The position numbers were made by a program, and so were the translations under genes. Below are positions 13,638 through 29,664 of a DNA stretch of 64,000 bases, in pieces. This DNA comes from Octopus vulgaris (taxonomy: Eukaryota). Every line of letters begins with the position of its first letter. Position 1 is the first letter of the stretch. The stretch is taken from the NCBI GenBank assembly GCA_951406725.2, contig OX597842.1, positions 34,286,001-34,350,000 on the forward strand. Reading direction: 5' to 3'. The notes beneath the pieces were generated by a model, which worked only from the letters and a program-made list of their open reading frames with translations, did not search any database and had not been told where the DNA came from.

Positions 13638-14431
13638 TGTATGTATGTATGTATGTATGTATGTATGTATGTATGTATGTATGTATAGATTTGTGTAAGT
13701 ATGCATATATAGATGTGTCTATGAAGTAATAAAGACAGATTACTTTTATGCACTGTGTATACAAACAGAGAAGTATATCTGGTAATATAAACACATGGCT
13801 TGATATAATTATGGGTGTATATACATATGCATACGGATATATATCCGGTGTGTATTAGCATAGACATACATTACGTGTATGCGTAGATATACACTCATAC
13901 ATATATCGATTAGAAGATACATCGGCATACTTCCGTGTGTATACATGTGTGTGTAAGTGTATGTGTGTATACATATATATTTCGATATCAAATTATATAT
14001 TCAGACATCCGGACGTATATAATATACACATACATATAGCCATATCTACCTATATCTACATACGAAGATATATAAATATATTTATGTATGTGTATATATA
14101 TGTATATACATGTATATATATATGTTTTTATATACATACACACATCCATGTATACATATATATATATATGCGTGTGTGTATGTGTATATATATATGTACA
14201 TATATATATGTATATATATATATATATATATACTTATATATACATAAACACATACATATATTTATTTATATACACATGTACATACATATGGATGTACATA
14301 GGCATGAACCGTATATATATTCACTCAAATGCATACACACTTATATACATACACCCATACCAACAACACACATATATATATATATACATATATATATACA
14401 CATATATATATGTAGATATATACTTGTATCC

Positions 14432-14472
<41 letters not shown>

Positions 14473-14498
14473 GATACATAGAAGTACATGTGACGTAT

Positions 14499-14531
<33 letters not shown>

Positions 14532-15100
14532 TACATGTTTGGACGTATTTATACACAAATACCCACAGACACGATGCATAAACATATAAATTAACGAAAT
14601 TTAAAGAGATATTAAGCACAGGGAGACAAGGTGCTGGACGGGAAGGCAGAAATATTGGTAAACGTCTACAGAGCTGCGCGCCGTTTGGTGGTACGTCCCA
14701 GGAGAAGCGCTCGTCAGTCGGATGGACCCCGTTTTCGACTGCATCCAATAATAAGCGATCGTAACCAATGAAGTGTGAAAGTTGATTTGTAATTAGGTAG
14801 CGTGGTGTTTGCTGGCCGGGGGTGGGGGGTAGATTTCGTGAAGTGGAGGGAGTGTGGGGGGGGGGGGGAATATGGGGTTGTGGGGTGGGGGTCGGGGCGT
14901 GGATTGGAGTTTTTTTTTTTCGTGGCGGCGGCGGGGGTTTTTTGTGGGTTTTTGTGGGTTTGTGGTGGCGGAAAGCCTGTTAGGGACGGAGAAAATAGAC
15001 GGGAGAGGCGATGAGGAAGATGGAGGCTGAGGTGGAGGGGGGGGGGCAGAAAGATAGAGAGTCGGTCAGACAGCTTTGTATATAAATATATATATACTCG

Positions 15101-15145
<45 letters not shown>

Positions 15146-15156
15146 TTATCTATCTA

Positions 15157-15236
<80 letters not shown>

Positions 15237-15289
15237 TATATGTAGATATATACTTGTATACATATATATATATACATATATATATTCGC

Positions 15290-15375
<86 letters not shown>

Positions 15376-15393
15376 TTATATGTATGTGTGTGC

Positions 15394-15426
<33 letters not shown>

Positions 15427-15436
15427 CATACATATA

Positions 15437-15467
<31 letters not shown>

Positions 15468-15485
15468 TTATATGTATGTGTGTGC

Positions 15486-15518
<33 letters not shown>

Positions 15519-15528
15519 CATACATATA

Positions 15529-15566
<38 letters not shown>

Positions 15567-15576
15567 CATACATATA

Positions 15577-15607
<31 letters not shown>

Positions 15608-15625
15608 TTATATGTATGTGTGTGC

Positions 15626-15665
<40 letters not shown>

Positions 15666-15854
15666 GCACACTCACACACATGCTTTCACAAAAGTACGTC
15701 GAAATATACATTCTAAAACGCATGCATACCCAGACAGGTGCATACATGCATACATAAATGCATATATATCTGTTGTCAGGCATACATACTTACTGATAGG
15801 CAAATAGACAGACAGACAGACAGACACAGAATGTTTTTATGAGAATAGGTCGTT

Positions 15855-16500
15855 TAGAACCGTTGTTGTTTAGCCCAAGGTCAGTCCTGATCGAGACAGA
15901 CCTATGATCAAAGATACTCCATTTGTGACCATCTCATCTTTTATTCAGGCATAGTGTATCTAGGACTACATTATCTAATGTATAGTATAGGAGTTAGTAT
16001 CAGTGGCTATAGTCATTGGTGTTTAACCCAAGGTCGGTCCTGATCCAGCAGAGAGACCTATGATCAAAGATGTTCCAGCTGTGACCATCCCATCTTTTAT
16101 TCAGGCATAGTGTATCTAGGACTACATTATCTAATGTATAGTAGAGTAGTCAGTATTAGTGGCTATCGTTGTAGCTGTTCTTCTTTAGCCCAAGGACAGT
16201 CCTGATCCTGACAGACCTATGATCAAAGATGCTCCAGCCGTGACCATCCCATCTTTTATTCAGACATAGTCCATCTAGGAGTAAATTATGTATTGTACTG
16301 TAAGTAGAGCAGTTAGTACTAGTAGCTATAGCTGATTTTAAACCCCAGCCAATCCTTATCCAGACACTCATATGACCCAAAGACTTTCCGGCTGTGGCAA
16401 TCCCATCTTATTTTCAAGCATTTTAAGTTTTGGATCACATTATCCACTGTCAATGTTTTGTGACTTCATAGATACTTGACTGCTATTTCTAACAAGTCGA
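15855..16500 (+). repeat. About 4 tandem units of 155-160 bp from an interspersed repeat
   Basis: agacctatgatcaaagat..gtgaccatc..tcttttattcag at about 15900, 16055, 16215 and 16370; related pieces at 23695-23870 and 34100-34185 (minus). Confidence 0.8.
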
Positions 16501-16768
16501 TCGACTGCTGGTCAGATTCCATTATTTGTTAGCACTCATTCACTAGGATTTGTGACAAGCTACTTGCTTCCCAATAACACCGTTCCGGGTTCAGTCCCAG
16601 CGTACACCAACTTGGGCAAGTGTCTTCGAGTATAGCACGAGGCCGACCATATATATGTATATATTTATATATACATATATAAATATGCATATATATATGT
16701 GTGTATGTGTGTGTGTGTATATATATATATATAATATAAATTATATATATATAATATTGATAATACAT

Positions 16769-16817
<49 letters not shown>

Positions 16818-17118
16818 TATATACATATGTATAGGTACACACATCTATACGTGTATATATATATATATATATTTAATGCATATGTGGGCATAGGACGTCA
16901 CGAGACGTGGAACGCCACGCATCCTCTTCCAAGCAGATAGATAGATAGATAGATAGATAGATATATGGCTGTGTGGTAAGTAGCTTGCTTCCCAACCACA
17001 TGGCTCCCGGTTCAGTCCCACTGCATGGCACGTTGGACAAATGTCTTCTACTATAGCTCCGGGGAAGCCATGTGAGTGGATTTGGTAGACGGAAACTAGA
17101 AGAAGCCCTTCGTACATA

Positions 17119-17190
<72 letters not shown>

Positions 17191-17740
17191 TGTGTGTGTG
17201 TGTGTGTGTATGAGTTCATGTGTACCGCTACCACCACCAACGCAACCATATTTACCGTTACCACCGCCGGCGACACCGCATTGCCGTTCCTGCCACATTC
17301 GCCACCAACATCCGCTGCCGCAGTCGCCGCCCTCATCCACCCGCTACCCACCCCCATAGCCAAAATGCCGCCTCTGTCGTCGTGGGCACCACCACCACCA
17401 TTGTTGGTATGATATATAATTATTCATTATTCATTACCCCCCAAAACAGTTCAACCATGAACGATGCAACAAGAATGGTTCACTGATTTCCATAAGACGG
17501 GTGCAATACGGGTGAGATACGGGTGAGATGTATGTATACATAGACATATATGTGTGTATGTGTATGTGTGTATATATATATATATATAGATACATATACA
17601 CATATATTCGAATCTAAATTTTTGCTGAACTTATATATGTATATATATATATGCATATATATATATGTATATGTATATATGTATATTTACATATATATAT
17701 ATATATATATAAATTATATATATATATATATTGATAATAC

Positions 17741-18271
<531 letters not shown>

Positions 18272-18276
18272 ATATA

Positions 18277-18590
<314 letters not shown>

Positions 18591-18619
18591 ATATATATAT
18601 ATATATATGTATGTATGTA

Positions 18620-18654
<35 letters not shown>

Positions 18655-18733
18655 TCACACACACGAGAATTTAAGAGTGACTGATTTTATAGGAGTCCTG
18701 AATACTAATTTGCTGTTGGTAATTTACACACGG

Positions 18734-18864
<131 letters not shown>

Positions 18865-18917
18865 TGTACTTATATATAGCAAGTAACTTGATCTGAGATC
18901 GTGTGCTGGAACAAAAA

Positions 18918-19156
18918 CAATTGCAGCGTGGAAGGTGTTTGTAAGCCATTTAAGAAACACACAAAAACCGTTCGATTCACTTCAACATTTAAATTTAATT
19001 TGTCAAAATATTTTCGTCGATAAAATCCGTTTGTCAGTGAACAGGTCGCGGATTTTAGCGACGAAAATATTTTGACAAATTAAACTTAAATGTTGAAGTG
19101 AATCGAAAGGCTTTTGTGTGTTTCTTAAATGGCTTACAAACACCTTCCACACTGCA

Positions 19157-19160
<4 letters not shown>
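18918..19160. repeat. Near-perfect palindrome with about 112-bp arms in (TA)n
   Basis: 18918-19029 pairs with 19049-19160; 19-nt spacer. Confidence 0.92.
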
Positions 19161-19200
<40 letters not shown>

Positions 19201-19204
<4 letters not shown>

Positions 19205-19309
19205 CCTGCTCGCTTAGCCAGCGGTGTGGCGTCATTCGAAGGCTAAAACAATGCGAACGCATTGTGACCCGCGATGTGTAACAACGTCTGATTGTCTGGT
19301 CGGTCACGT
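19201..19309 (+). mobile_element. Orphan SINE/LINE 3' tail module (tail 2)
   Basis: ttggcctgctcgcttagccagc..gcattgtgacc..tggtcggtcacg, also ending the elements at 27243-27556 and 35315-35583. Confidence 0.75.
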
Positions 19310-19340
<31 letters not shown>

Positions 19341-19420
19341 CATATATATATACACACATACATACATACACACATATATATATATAAACATATCTATATA
19401 TACATATATATAAACATATC

Positions 19421-19482
<62 letters not shown>

Positions 19483-19729
19483 ACAGGCATCCCTCAGTTT
19501 CCATACTCTAGATATGTTTATCTGTGTGTATGTGTGTGAGTGTGTGTGTGTGCAGACATATATATACGTATATATATAAAATAACAAAGTCAGCTGCACT
19601 CAATATGAAACCAAAAATGGAAAAATTCAATCGCGTACATATACAGGGTCCGGTGAATAAACTGTCGTTTAAATTACTCAAAGACGAAATTTTCCCTCAT
19701 TTATCCCCATACTTCCCTATTTGTCTCTG

Positions 19730-20104
19730 ATGGCCAAGTGGTTAGGACAGCGGACTCGCGCTCGTAGGATCGCGGTTTCGATTCCCAGGCCAGGCATTGT
19801 GAGTGTTTATTGAGCGAAAACACCTAAAGCTCCACGTGGCTCCGGCAGGGGGTGGTGGCGAACCCTGCTGTACTCTTTCGCCGCAACTTTCTCTCACTCT
19901 TTCTTCCTGTTTTTGTTGTACATGTATTTCAAAAGGGCCAGCCTTGTCACTCTCTGTGTCACGCTGAATCTCCCCCGAGAACTACGTTAAGGGTACACGT
20001 GTCTGTGGAGTACTCAGCCACTTGCACGTTAATTTCACGAGCAGGTTGCTCCATTGATCGGATCAACTGGCACCCTTGTCATCGTCATAACCGACGGAGT
20101 ACCA
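19730..20104 (+). mobile_element. SINE family 3 (tRNA head plus tail 1)
   Basis: A box TGGCCAAGTGG, B box GGTTTCGATTCC; matches 27588-27973. Confidence 0.85.
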
Positions 20105-20110
20105 CATGTA

Positions 20111-20147
<37 letters not shown>

Positions 20148-20192
20148 TGTGTGAGTGTGTGTGCATATATATATGTATGTATGTTTTTATGC

Positions 20193-20227
<35 letters not shown>

Positions 20228-20302
20228 TGTGTATATATGCATGTATGTATGTGCATATATACATATACGTATAATGTATATATATGTATATATATATATA
20301 CA

Positions 20303-20333
<31 letters not shown>

Positions 20334-20408
20334 GTATATATATATATGTCTGTGTGTATATATACATGTAATTATGTGCATATATACATATACGTATATA
20401 CAGATATA

Positions 20409-20481
<73 letters not shown>

Positions 20482-21001
20482 CTAGAGGGCTGCACTAGCT
20501 AGCCAATATATCAAACAAGACAACGTAAAACAACAAATCTATGGCCATAAACACATTGGTTGAACACATCGTTGTGACGTGTTGATTGGACGGGTGATTG
20601 TCACATGATACGGGATCATAGATTGTGACATGGTTACGGCTTTGGGCACAGATTGCAAGAAACCGGGGAGTCGGGGAAGGGCAGCGGCGGGGGGCACAAG
20701 GAATAGCGTGGCGGCGGCAGCGGCGGCGGTGGTGGTGGTTGTGGTGGTGGTGGTGGTGGTGACTATCGTTGCCGTCGTCGTAGCTAATGTTTGATTGAGT
20801 GATAGATAGACACATAGAGACAGAGAAGTAAGAGAGAGAGAGAGAAAGAGAGACAGTGATACCGAGAGAGGGAGAGAGAGTAAATGCATAGTAAGTTAGA
20901 TATGTTGATAGAGAGATAGTGATGCGTACACGCGTATATAAAATATACGCACATACATACGTATGTATATACGTAGATACATGGGTGTATAACTAGATAC
21001 G

Positions 21002-21033
<32 letters not shown>

Positions 21034-21044
21034 GAGAGAGATAT

Positions 21045-21198
<154 letters not shown>

Positions 21199-21252
21199 GT
21201 AGAGAGAGAGAGAGAGAGAGAGATAGATAGATAGAAATAGAGACAGACATAT

Positions 21253-21725
21253 TACTCTTTTACTCTTTTACTTTTTTCAGTCATTTGACTGTGGCCATGC
21301 TGGAGCACCGCCTTTAGTCGAGCAAATCGACATCAGGACTTATTAGCCTATCGGTCTTTTTTGCCGAACCGCCAAGTTACGGGGACGTAAACATACCAGC
21401 ATCGGTTGTCAAGCGATATTTTTTTGGGGGGAGGGCAAACACAAACACACAAACATATACACACACGTACATATATATATATGTATATATACTCTTTTAC
21501 TCCTTTACTCTTTTACTTGTTTCAGTCATTTGACTGTGGCCATGCTGGAGCACCGCCTTTAGTCGAACAAATCGACCCCAGGACTTATTCTTTGTATACC
21601 CAGCACTTATTCTATCGGTTTTTTTTGCCGAACCGCCATGTTACGGGGACGTAAACACACCAGTATCGGTTGTCAAGCGATGTTGGGGAGGGGGGGCAAA
21701 CACAGACACAAACATATACACACAA

Positions 21726-21774
<49 letters not shown>

Positions 21775-21934
21775 ACGGGCTTCTTTCAGGTTCCGTCTAC
21801 CAAATCCACTCACAAGGCTTTGGTCGGCCCGAGGCTTTAGTAGAAGACATTTGCCCAAGGTGCCACACAGTGGGACTGAACCCGGAACTAAGTGGTGGTA
21901 AGCAAGCTGCTTACCACACAGCCACTCCTGTGCC
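21253..21934 (-). mobile_element. SINE family 1: 3' half plus full copy in tandem
   Basis: Family match. Confidence 0.87.
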
Positions 21935-22455
21935 TATATTGGTAAGTAGATAGAAACATACGGGCATTATATGTATATGTATATATGTACACACAGAAAG
22001 ACAGACAGACAGATACAAACAAGTATTGACACACATGTATTGACACACAGACAAAAAAAATTCACAAACAAAAAGACAGGACAGGCAGAGCAACAGACCA
22101 AGTTGCCAGACTTCGAAGTCACAGTCAGACGAACAGACAGACGGCGTGATTCGGGCCAACAGTCACAATCAGATCGCATCAGAGTTGGTTTTCTTCTCTT
22201 TCTGCAGATCCGACCGAACGGTGCGAAAATTTGTTCGATGCACCGGAACGGGAGAACGGTGTTACGTGGCGGATGGGGTGGGGTAGGGGGGCTGTGCGGG
22301 GTGGGGGAAGAGGTCTGTTGCGTTGTGGGTCCCGTGTGGGGGTGGGGATTGGGTGGGTGTGAGGGAGTCGAGGTGGGGGAGGGTTTCGGACAACGAGGTA
22401 AAAACCTTGAGGTTTTTGTTTTTGGTAGGTTCTGACTACGTTGTTGCTTTCCCGG

Positions 22456-22488
<33 letters not shown>

Positions 22489-22652
22489 TTGGTGGTGGTG
22501 GTAGTGGTGATGGTGGTGGTGGTTTTGGTGGTGGTGGTAGTGGTGGCGTTTTGTCAAAACTTAGCCCTTAACGATCAGTGTTATGACCCATGTCATACTC
22601 GCTTGTCATCAGAAGTAGAAAGATATCCAGAGAGACGGACAGACAGACAGAT

Positions 22653-22689
<37 letters not shown>

Positions 22690-22959
22690 GGGAGATAGAT
22701 AGAAAGATAGATAGATAGACAGTCAGACAGACAGATAGAACGACACACGCAAGGTACCGCACAATATATGTATATGTGTGTATGTATATATATATATATA
22801 TATATATATTTACACACACACACACACATTTATATATATACATATACACATATATTTGGTAATAAGTGGCGGTAGTGATGGGGGAGGGGGAGAAGGATAA
22901 AGATGATCAGAGTGGTGGTGATGGTGAGGACAAAGAAAAAGAGGGAGAAAACGAAGAAC

Positions 22960-23050
22960 AGGAATAGAAGGAAGAAGAAGAAGAAGAAGAAGAAGAAGAA
23001 GAAGAAGAAGAAAAAGAAAAAGAATGAGAAGAAGAAGAAGAAGAAGAAGA

Positions 23051-23097
<47 letters not shown>

Positions 23098-23319
23098 GAG
23101 GAAAAGGAAGAAGTAGAAGAAGAAAAAGAAAAAGAGGAAGAAGAAGCTGATGAAGCTGAAGAGGAAGAAGGAGGAGGAAGAGGAGGAGGAGAAGAAGATG
23201 AAGATGATGAAGAAGAAAAAGAAGAAGAACAACAACAACAACTACAACAACAACAACAACAACAACAACAAGTAAATAATGAACAACAACAACAGCAACA
23301 ACAGCGAGATGATGATGAC

Positions 23320-23363
<44 letters not shown>

Positions 23364-23365
23364 CG
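22960..23365. repeat. Compound (GAA)n(GAT)n(CAA)n microsatellite
   Basis: Direct inspection. Confidence 0.95.
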
Positions 23366-23494
23366 GTGATTGTAATGCTGTCGATGTCCCCATTCGCTGT
23401 TTGTCACAATTAATAAAGATGGCGATGAAGTTGATGGTGATAAATATGATGATGAGGGATGAAGGTCACGCAACGACGCTCTTAACGCTCCCCC

Positions 23495-23529
<35 letters not shown>

Positions 23530-23819
23530 TCTCTCTGTCCGTCTATTTATCTATCTATCTATCTATCTCTATCTCTCTATCTCTGTCTATCTACCTATCT
23601 ATCTCTCTACCCCTTCTACTCTGCCCCTGCAGACCTTTCACATATGTCTACTCAAAGTCAAATCGAAACAATAAAGGTCCCGTTCTTCTTGTCCTTTAAC
23701 CCCAGGTCATTCACTATTAAGCAGACCCATGATCAAAGACGTTCCAGTTGCGATCATCATGCCTTTTTTCTGTCACTTCAGGAAATGTATTACGCAAATT
23801 GTCCTTTTCTAACACGGAG

Positions 23820-25110
23820 AGATATAACTCAAAGGAGATTTGGCTGCTATTTCTACCAGGTCTAACTACCATGTAGAGCCCTCATTGGCTCATACATACA
23901 TATATATACATAGATAAGAGAGTAGGGTGTGATTTGAGGGAGATTTGGCTGTTATTTCTACCAGGTCTAGCTACCATGTAGAGGTCTCCCTCATTGGCTC
24001 ATACATACATATATAAATAGATAAGAGAGTAGGGTGTAAATTGAGGGAGATTTGGCTGCTATTTCTACCAGGTCTACTTACCATTGGCTCATACATACAT
24101 ATCTTTTCTTTTATCTTTTATCTTTTACTTGTTTCAGTCATTTGACTGCGGCCATGCTGGAGCACCGCCTTTCGTCGAGCAAATCGACCCCGGGACTTAT
24201 TCTTTGTAAGCCCAGTACTTATTCTATCGGTCTCTTTTGCCGAACCGCTAAGTGACATAGATAAGAGAGTAGGGTGTGATTTGAGGGAGATTTGGCTGCT
24301 ATTTCTATCCAGGTCTAACTACCATGTAGAGGTATCCCTCATTGACTCATACATACATATATACATAGATAAGAGAGCAGGGTGCGATTCGAGGGAGATT
24401 TGGCAGCTATTTCTAATGGGTCTACCTACCATGTAGAAGTCTCCCTCATTGGCTCATACATACATATATACATAGATAAGAGAGCAGGGTGCGATTCGAG
24501 GGAGATTTGGCAGCTATTTCTAATGGGTCTACCTACCATGTAGAAGTCTCCCTCATTGGCTCATACATACATATATACATAGATAAGAGAGCAGGGTGCG
24601 ATTCGAGGGAGATTTGGCATCTATTTCTAATGGGTCTACCTACCATGTAGAAGTCTCCCTCATTGGCTCATACATACATATCAGGCTGAACAAAAAGTAA
24701 GCAACGTTTTGAAACCTGGAATTCATCACAATATATTTCAACAATGCGGAAATTTTATTCATCAAAAGAAATTACCATTATACAATCAACACATTTTTGC
24801 CAACGAGTTACAAGTTTGTTTATTCCGTTAACATAAAAATCTGGAGTTCTGGAGCTGATGAACCCTTTGAACACCCTTTCAGCATCGGTTTAATATTTTT
24901 CAACCCCTTCTCTCGCTGGAAGCCATCAAGGTGCTTGAAAAGGTGGTAATCGGTAGGAGAAAGATCTGTGGAATAATCTGGGAGGGGAAGAAATTCGTAG
25001 CCAATTTCCCTCAACTTCTGGAGTGCCATTAATGGCCCGCTTCTGTTGACATAGATAAGAGAGTAGGGTGTGATTTGAGGGAGATTTGGCTGCTATTTCT
25101 ACCAGGTCTA
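23820..25110 (+). repeat. Minisatellite of about 107-118-bp units, interrupted by a SINE1 tail (24110-24255) and a mariner fragment
   Basis: agataagagag.agggtg.gatt.gagggagatttggc.gctatttcta..ggtcta..taccatgtaga; period 107 at 24367, 24474 and 24581. Confidence 0.9.
24681..25030 (-). pseudogene. mariner transposase C-terminal fragment with probable right TIR
   Basis: LQKLREIGYEFLPLPDYSTDLSPTDYHLFKHLD (YSPDLAP.DYHLF motif); ends at TA|TCAGGCTGAACAAAAAGT. Confidence 0.85.
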
Positions 25111-25282
25111 GCTAGCAGTGGTGATGTGAAGATATTGTACAGGTGGTAGTAGTGTGTGGTAGAGGTCGAAACCCTCGTAGTTGTCACATAGATGAGCGGG
25201 ACATATATTTATTAAGTGAAGCAAGGCGAAATGGAGTGATGGTGGCGGTGAGGAGGAGGAGAAGGAGGAGGAGGAGAGTTTC

Positions 25283-25845
25283 ATAGTGGTGGTGGTGGTG
25301 GTGGTGGTGGTGGTGGTGGTACTAGTGGTGGTGGTACTAGTGGTGGTGGTGGTGGTGGTGGTGGTGGTGGTGGTGGTGGTAGTGGTGGTGGTGGTGGTGG
25401 TGGTGGTGGTGGTGGTGGTGGCGGCGGTGGTGATAGCGGTGGTAGTGGTATTTGTAGTGGTGGTTGTCCTGGTAGTGATGGTAATGGCGGTGGTAATGGC
25501 GGTGGAGGGTGGTTGTAGGGGTGGTGGTGGGGATGGGGTGCTGATGGTGGTGGTAGTGGTGGTGGTGGTGATGGGTGGTGGTGGTGGTGGTGGTGGTGAT
25601 GGTGGTGGTGGTGGTGGTGGTGGTGGTGGTGGTGGTGGTGGTAGTGGTGGTGGTGATGATGGTGGTTGTGGTGGTGGTGGTGGTGATGATGGTGGTTGTG
25701 GTGGTGGTGGTGGTGGTGATGGTGGTGGTTGTGGTGGTGGTGATAGCGGTGGTGGTGGTGTTTGTAGTGGTGGTTGTCGTGGTAGTGGTGGTAATAGCGA
25801 TGGTGTTGGAGGTTGTAGCGGTGGTGGTAATGGTAGTGATCGTGG
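25283..25845. repeat. (GGT)n array
   Basis: Direct inspection. Confidence 0.95.
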
Positions 25846-26109
25846 GACCGGTGTTGCGGCTGCATGATGCCGCGCGTGCAGAAGCAGAGAGCCGAAAAAC
25901 ACGCTTGACATCGACGGATGAGGTAGACATAGGCGGTTTGTGGGGGGGGGGGGAGTAAATTCTACAGGGGTGGGCCGGGCAGGATTGCTTGGTCGAGCGG
26001 TTGTTTTGGGTGGGAACTAGGAGTAACCGGGGGGAACCAAAGGGAGCCAGAGGGAAGGAGATTTTTGCGGATGGAGGAGTTACTGAAGAGCAGATTACGG
26101 AAACGAATG

Positions 26110-26932
<823 letters not shown>

Positions 26933-27242
26933 CGATAAATACAAGAAAAGGGGTTGAAAGCAGACGTAATCTGGCGGGGAGAGAGAGGGGTCCAAGCAGA
27001 GGCAGAATGGGTCGCGAGGGCGAAAGGGACACGAGTTTTATTGGGATACGGTGTCGGAAGGAGCCAGATGTCGGTTCGGGTTGAGCGCTTCGCTAAAAGC
27101 TCATAGTTGTCACACGCAAGATCGCAGTTCATATTTCATCGGAAACAGGGGGGTTCATCTTTAATCGTTAATCTTTAAGCTTTGAATCTTTGAATCTTTG
27201 AATCTTCCATCTTTGGCTTTTGTTTCAGTCGTTCTCCGTGGT

Positions 27243-27556
27243 GTGGAGGCGCAATGGCCCAGTGGTTAGGGCAGCAGACTCGCGGTCGTAGGATCGCGGT
27301 TTCGATTCCCAGACCGGGCATTGTGAGTGTTTATTGAGCGAAAACACCTAAAAGCTCCACGAGGCTCCGGCAGCGGGATGGTGGTGATCCCTGCTGTACT
27401 CTTTCACCACAACTTTCTCTCACTCTTTCTTCTCTTGGCCTGCTCGCTTAGCCAGCAGGGTGGCGTCATTTGAAGGCTAAAACAATGTGAAGCGCATTGT
27501 GACCAGTGATGTGTAGCAAACAACATCTGGTAGCCTGGTCAGTCACAGTGATCACA
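27243..27556 (+). mobile_element. SINE family 3 head and body plus tail 2
   Basis: Same 5' 185 bp as the 27588 copy, then switches to the ttggcctgctcgcttagcc tail. Confidence 0.85.
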
Positions 27557-27587
27557 CACATATATATATATATATAAATATATATAT

Positions 27588-27973
27588 GTGGAGGCGCAAT
27601 GGCCCAGTGGTTAGGGCAGCGGACTCGCGGTCATAGGATCGCGGTTTCGATTCCCAGACCGGGCGTTGTGAGTGTTTATTGAGCGAAAACACCTAAAAGC
27701 TCCACGCGGCTCCGGCAGGGGATGGTGGTGATCCCTGCTGTACTCTTTCACCACAACTTTCTCTCACTCTTACTTCCTGTTTCTGTTGTACCTGTATTTC
27801 AAAGGGCCGGCCTTGTCACTCTCTGTGTCACGCTGAATATCCCCGAGAACTACGTTAAGGGTACACGTGTCTGTGGAGTGCTCAGCCACTTACTCGGTAA
27901 TTTCACGAGCAGGCTGTTCCGTTGATTCGGATCAACCAGAACCCTCGTCGTCGTAACCGACGGAATGCTTCCA
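27588..27973 (+). mobile_element. SINE family 3 head and body plus tail 1, full length
   Basis: gtggaggcgcaatggcccagtggttagggc..ggtttcgattccc..cgtcgtaaccgacgga. Confidence 0.88.
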
Positions 27974-28069
27974 ACCATCTCCGTGGTAAACGGCGATTTG
28001 ACGTTTATGTTTAGCATACAGGCTGTCCTGTCCACTTTTAGTGGTCAGACCTCTCTCTCTCTCTCTCTG

Positions 28070-28645
28070 TTTTTACTCTTTTACTTGTTTCAGTCATTTG
28101 ACTGCGGCCATGCTGGAGCACCGCCTTTAGTCGACCAAAACGACCCCGGGACTTATTATTCTTTCGTAAGCCCAGTACTTATTCTATCAGTCTCTTTTGC
28201 CGAACCGCTAAGTTTACTCTTTTACTTGTTTCAGTCATTTGACTGCGGCTATGCTGGAGCACCGCCTTTAGTCGAGCAAATCGACCCCGGCACTTATTCT
28301 TTTTGTAAGCCCAGTACTTATTCTATCGGTCCCTTTTTGCCGAACCGCTAAGTGACGGGGACGTAAACACACCAGCATCGGTTGTCAAGCAATGCTAGGG
28401 GGACAAACACAGACACACAAACCCACACACACACACACACACATACACACATATATATATATATATATATATACATATATACGACAGGCTTCTTTCAGTT
28501 TCCGTCTACCAAATCCACTCACAAGGCATTGTTCGGCCCGGGGCTATAGCAGAAGACACTTGCCCAAGATGCTACGCAGTGGGACTGAACCCGGAACCAT
28601 GTGGTTGGTTAGCAAGCTACTTACCACACAGCCACTCCTGCGCTT
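28070..28645 (-). mobile_element. SINE family 1 with duplicated 3' segment
   Basis: Tail segment present twice (28070-28212 and 28213-28350). Confidence 0.85.
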
Positions 28646-28649
28646 CTAA

Positions 28650-29390
28650 ATTTTGTATGTAAAACAATTTTTAATATTCGGATTTTCTAAGATATGCTTA
28701 GCCACTGGTTTTGATCGATTAATATCATTGTACGAGGTATGGACTCGTACAAAGTTTGAATTGTTTCCAAAGGAATTTTTGTCCATTCTTCAGCTAAAAC
28801 AGTCTCCAGTTCTTGTAGTGATGATGGTGGAGGATATCAACTCTTCACTTGTTTTTCTAAAACGCACAATAAATGTTCAATAATATTGAGATCTGGGGAC
28901 TGTGGTGGCCAGATAAGATGTTCAACTTCACTAGAATGTTCCTCGTGCCATTCAGTAACAACTTTAGCTGTGTGAATTGGGGCATTATCATCCTGAAAGA
29001 TTGTGTTTCTCTCTGGAAACAGTTCCTTAACCATAGGACGAATTTGATCAGATAAAATGCTTAAATAATCTTGACTATTAATTCTGCTATGAAGGGAAAC
29101 CATTGGGACGGCGGATTTCCAAGATATAGCACCCCCATATCCTCAGATTCTCCTATATGTTTAACAGTCTGGGTCAAATACTTCTTTTGATTGTCTCCAC
29201 ACGTATACTCGGCCGGTGGTCGGAAGTAAGGTAAAGGATGACTCGTCCGAGAAAATAACATTCTTCCACTGCTCTAGGGACCAATTCTGTAGGTTTTTAC
29301 TCCGCTCTAAACGCTTTGCAACGTTTGTTTTTGAAAGAAGTGGTTTTCTGATTGCAGCCCTCCCGTGAGATCCGGCTTTTTGCAACACCC
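28650..29390 (-). pseudogene. Tc1 (DD34E) transposase pseudogene
   Basis: RKPLLSK..WKNVIFSDESSF..VYVWR; IFQDDNAPIH..WPPQSPDLNIIEHL; frameshifted. Confidence 0.93.
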
Positions 29391-29614
29391 CTTGTAAACT
29401 GTTCTTAACGTTCTTGTTATCAAAGAATGTATATATGTATTGTAGTATTTTGTGACAACCAGTACCTAACACAACCAAGCTTTTACATGTTACTTTTGAC
29501 AATCTTTTTCTAAAAGTGAAACCGGTAAAGTAAATAAACATCTTTTAAAATTGCATTTTCAAACCTTCTTTCATATATAATTCCGCTCGTGCGGTACCTT
29601 GCAACTCCACTTTG

Positions 29615-29664
<50 letters not shown>

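Noticed and set aside
22903-23865. 320-aa K/D/E/Q-rich ORF
   Set aside because: Compound trinucleotide repeat running into CT/TATC repeats and an interspersed repeat
27588-27662. tRNA-like sequences with A and B boxes
   Set aside because: SINE heads continuous with SINE bodies; no proper acceptor stem
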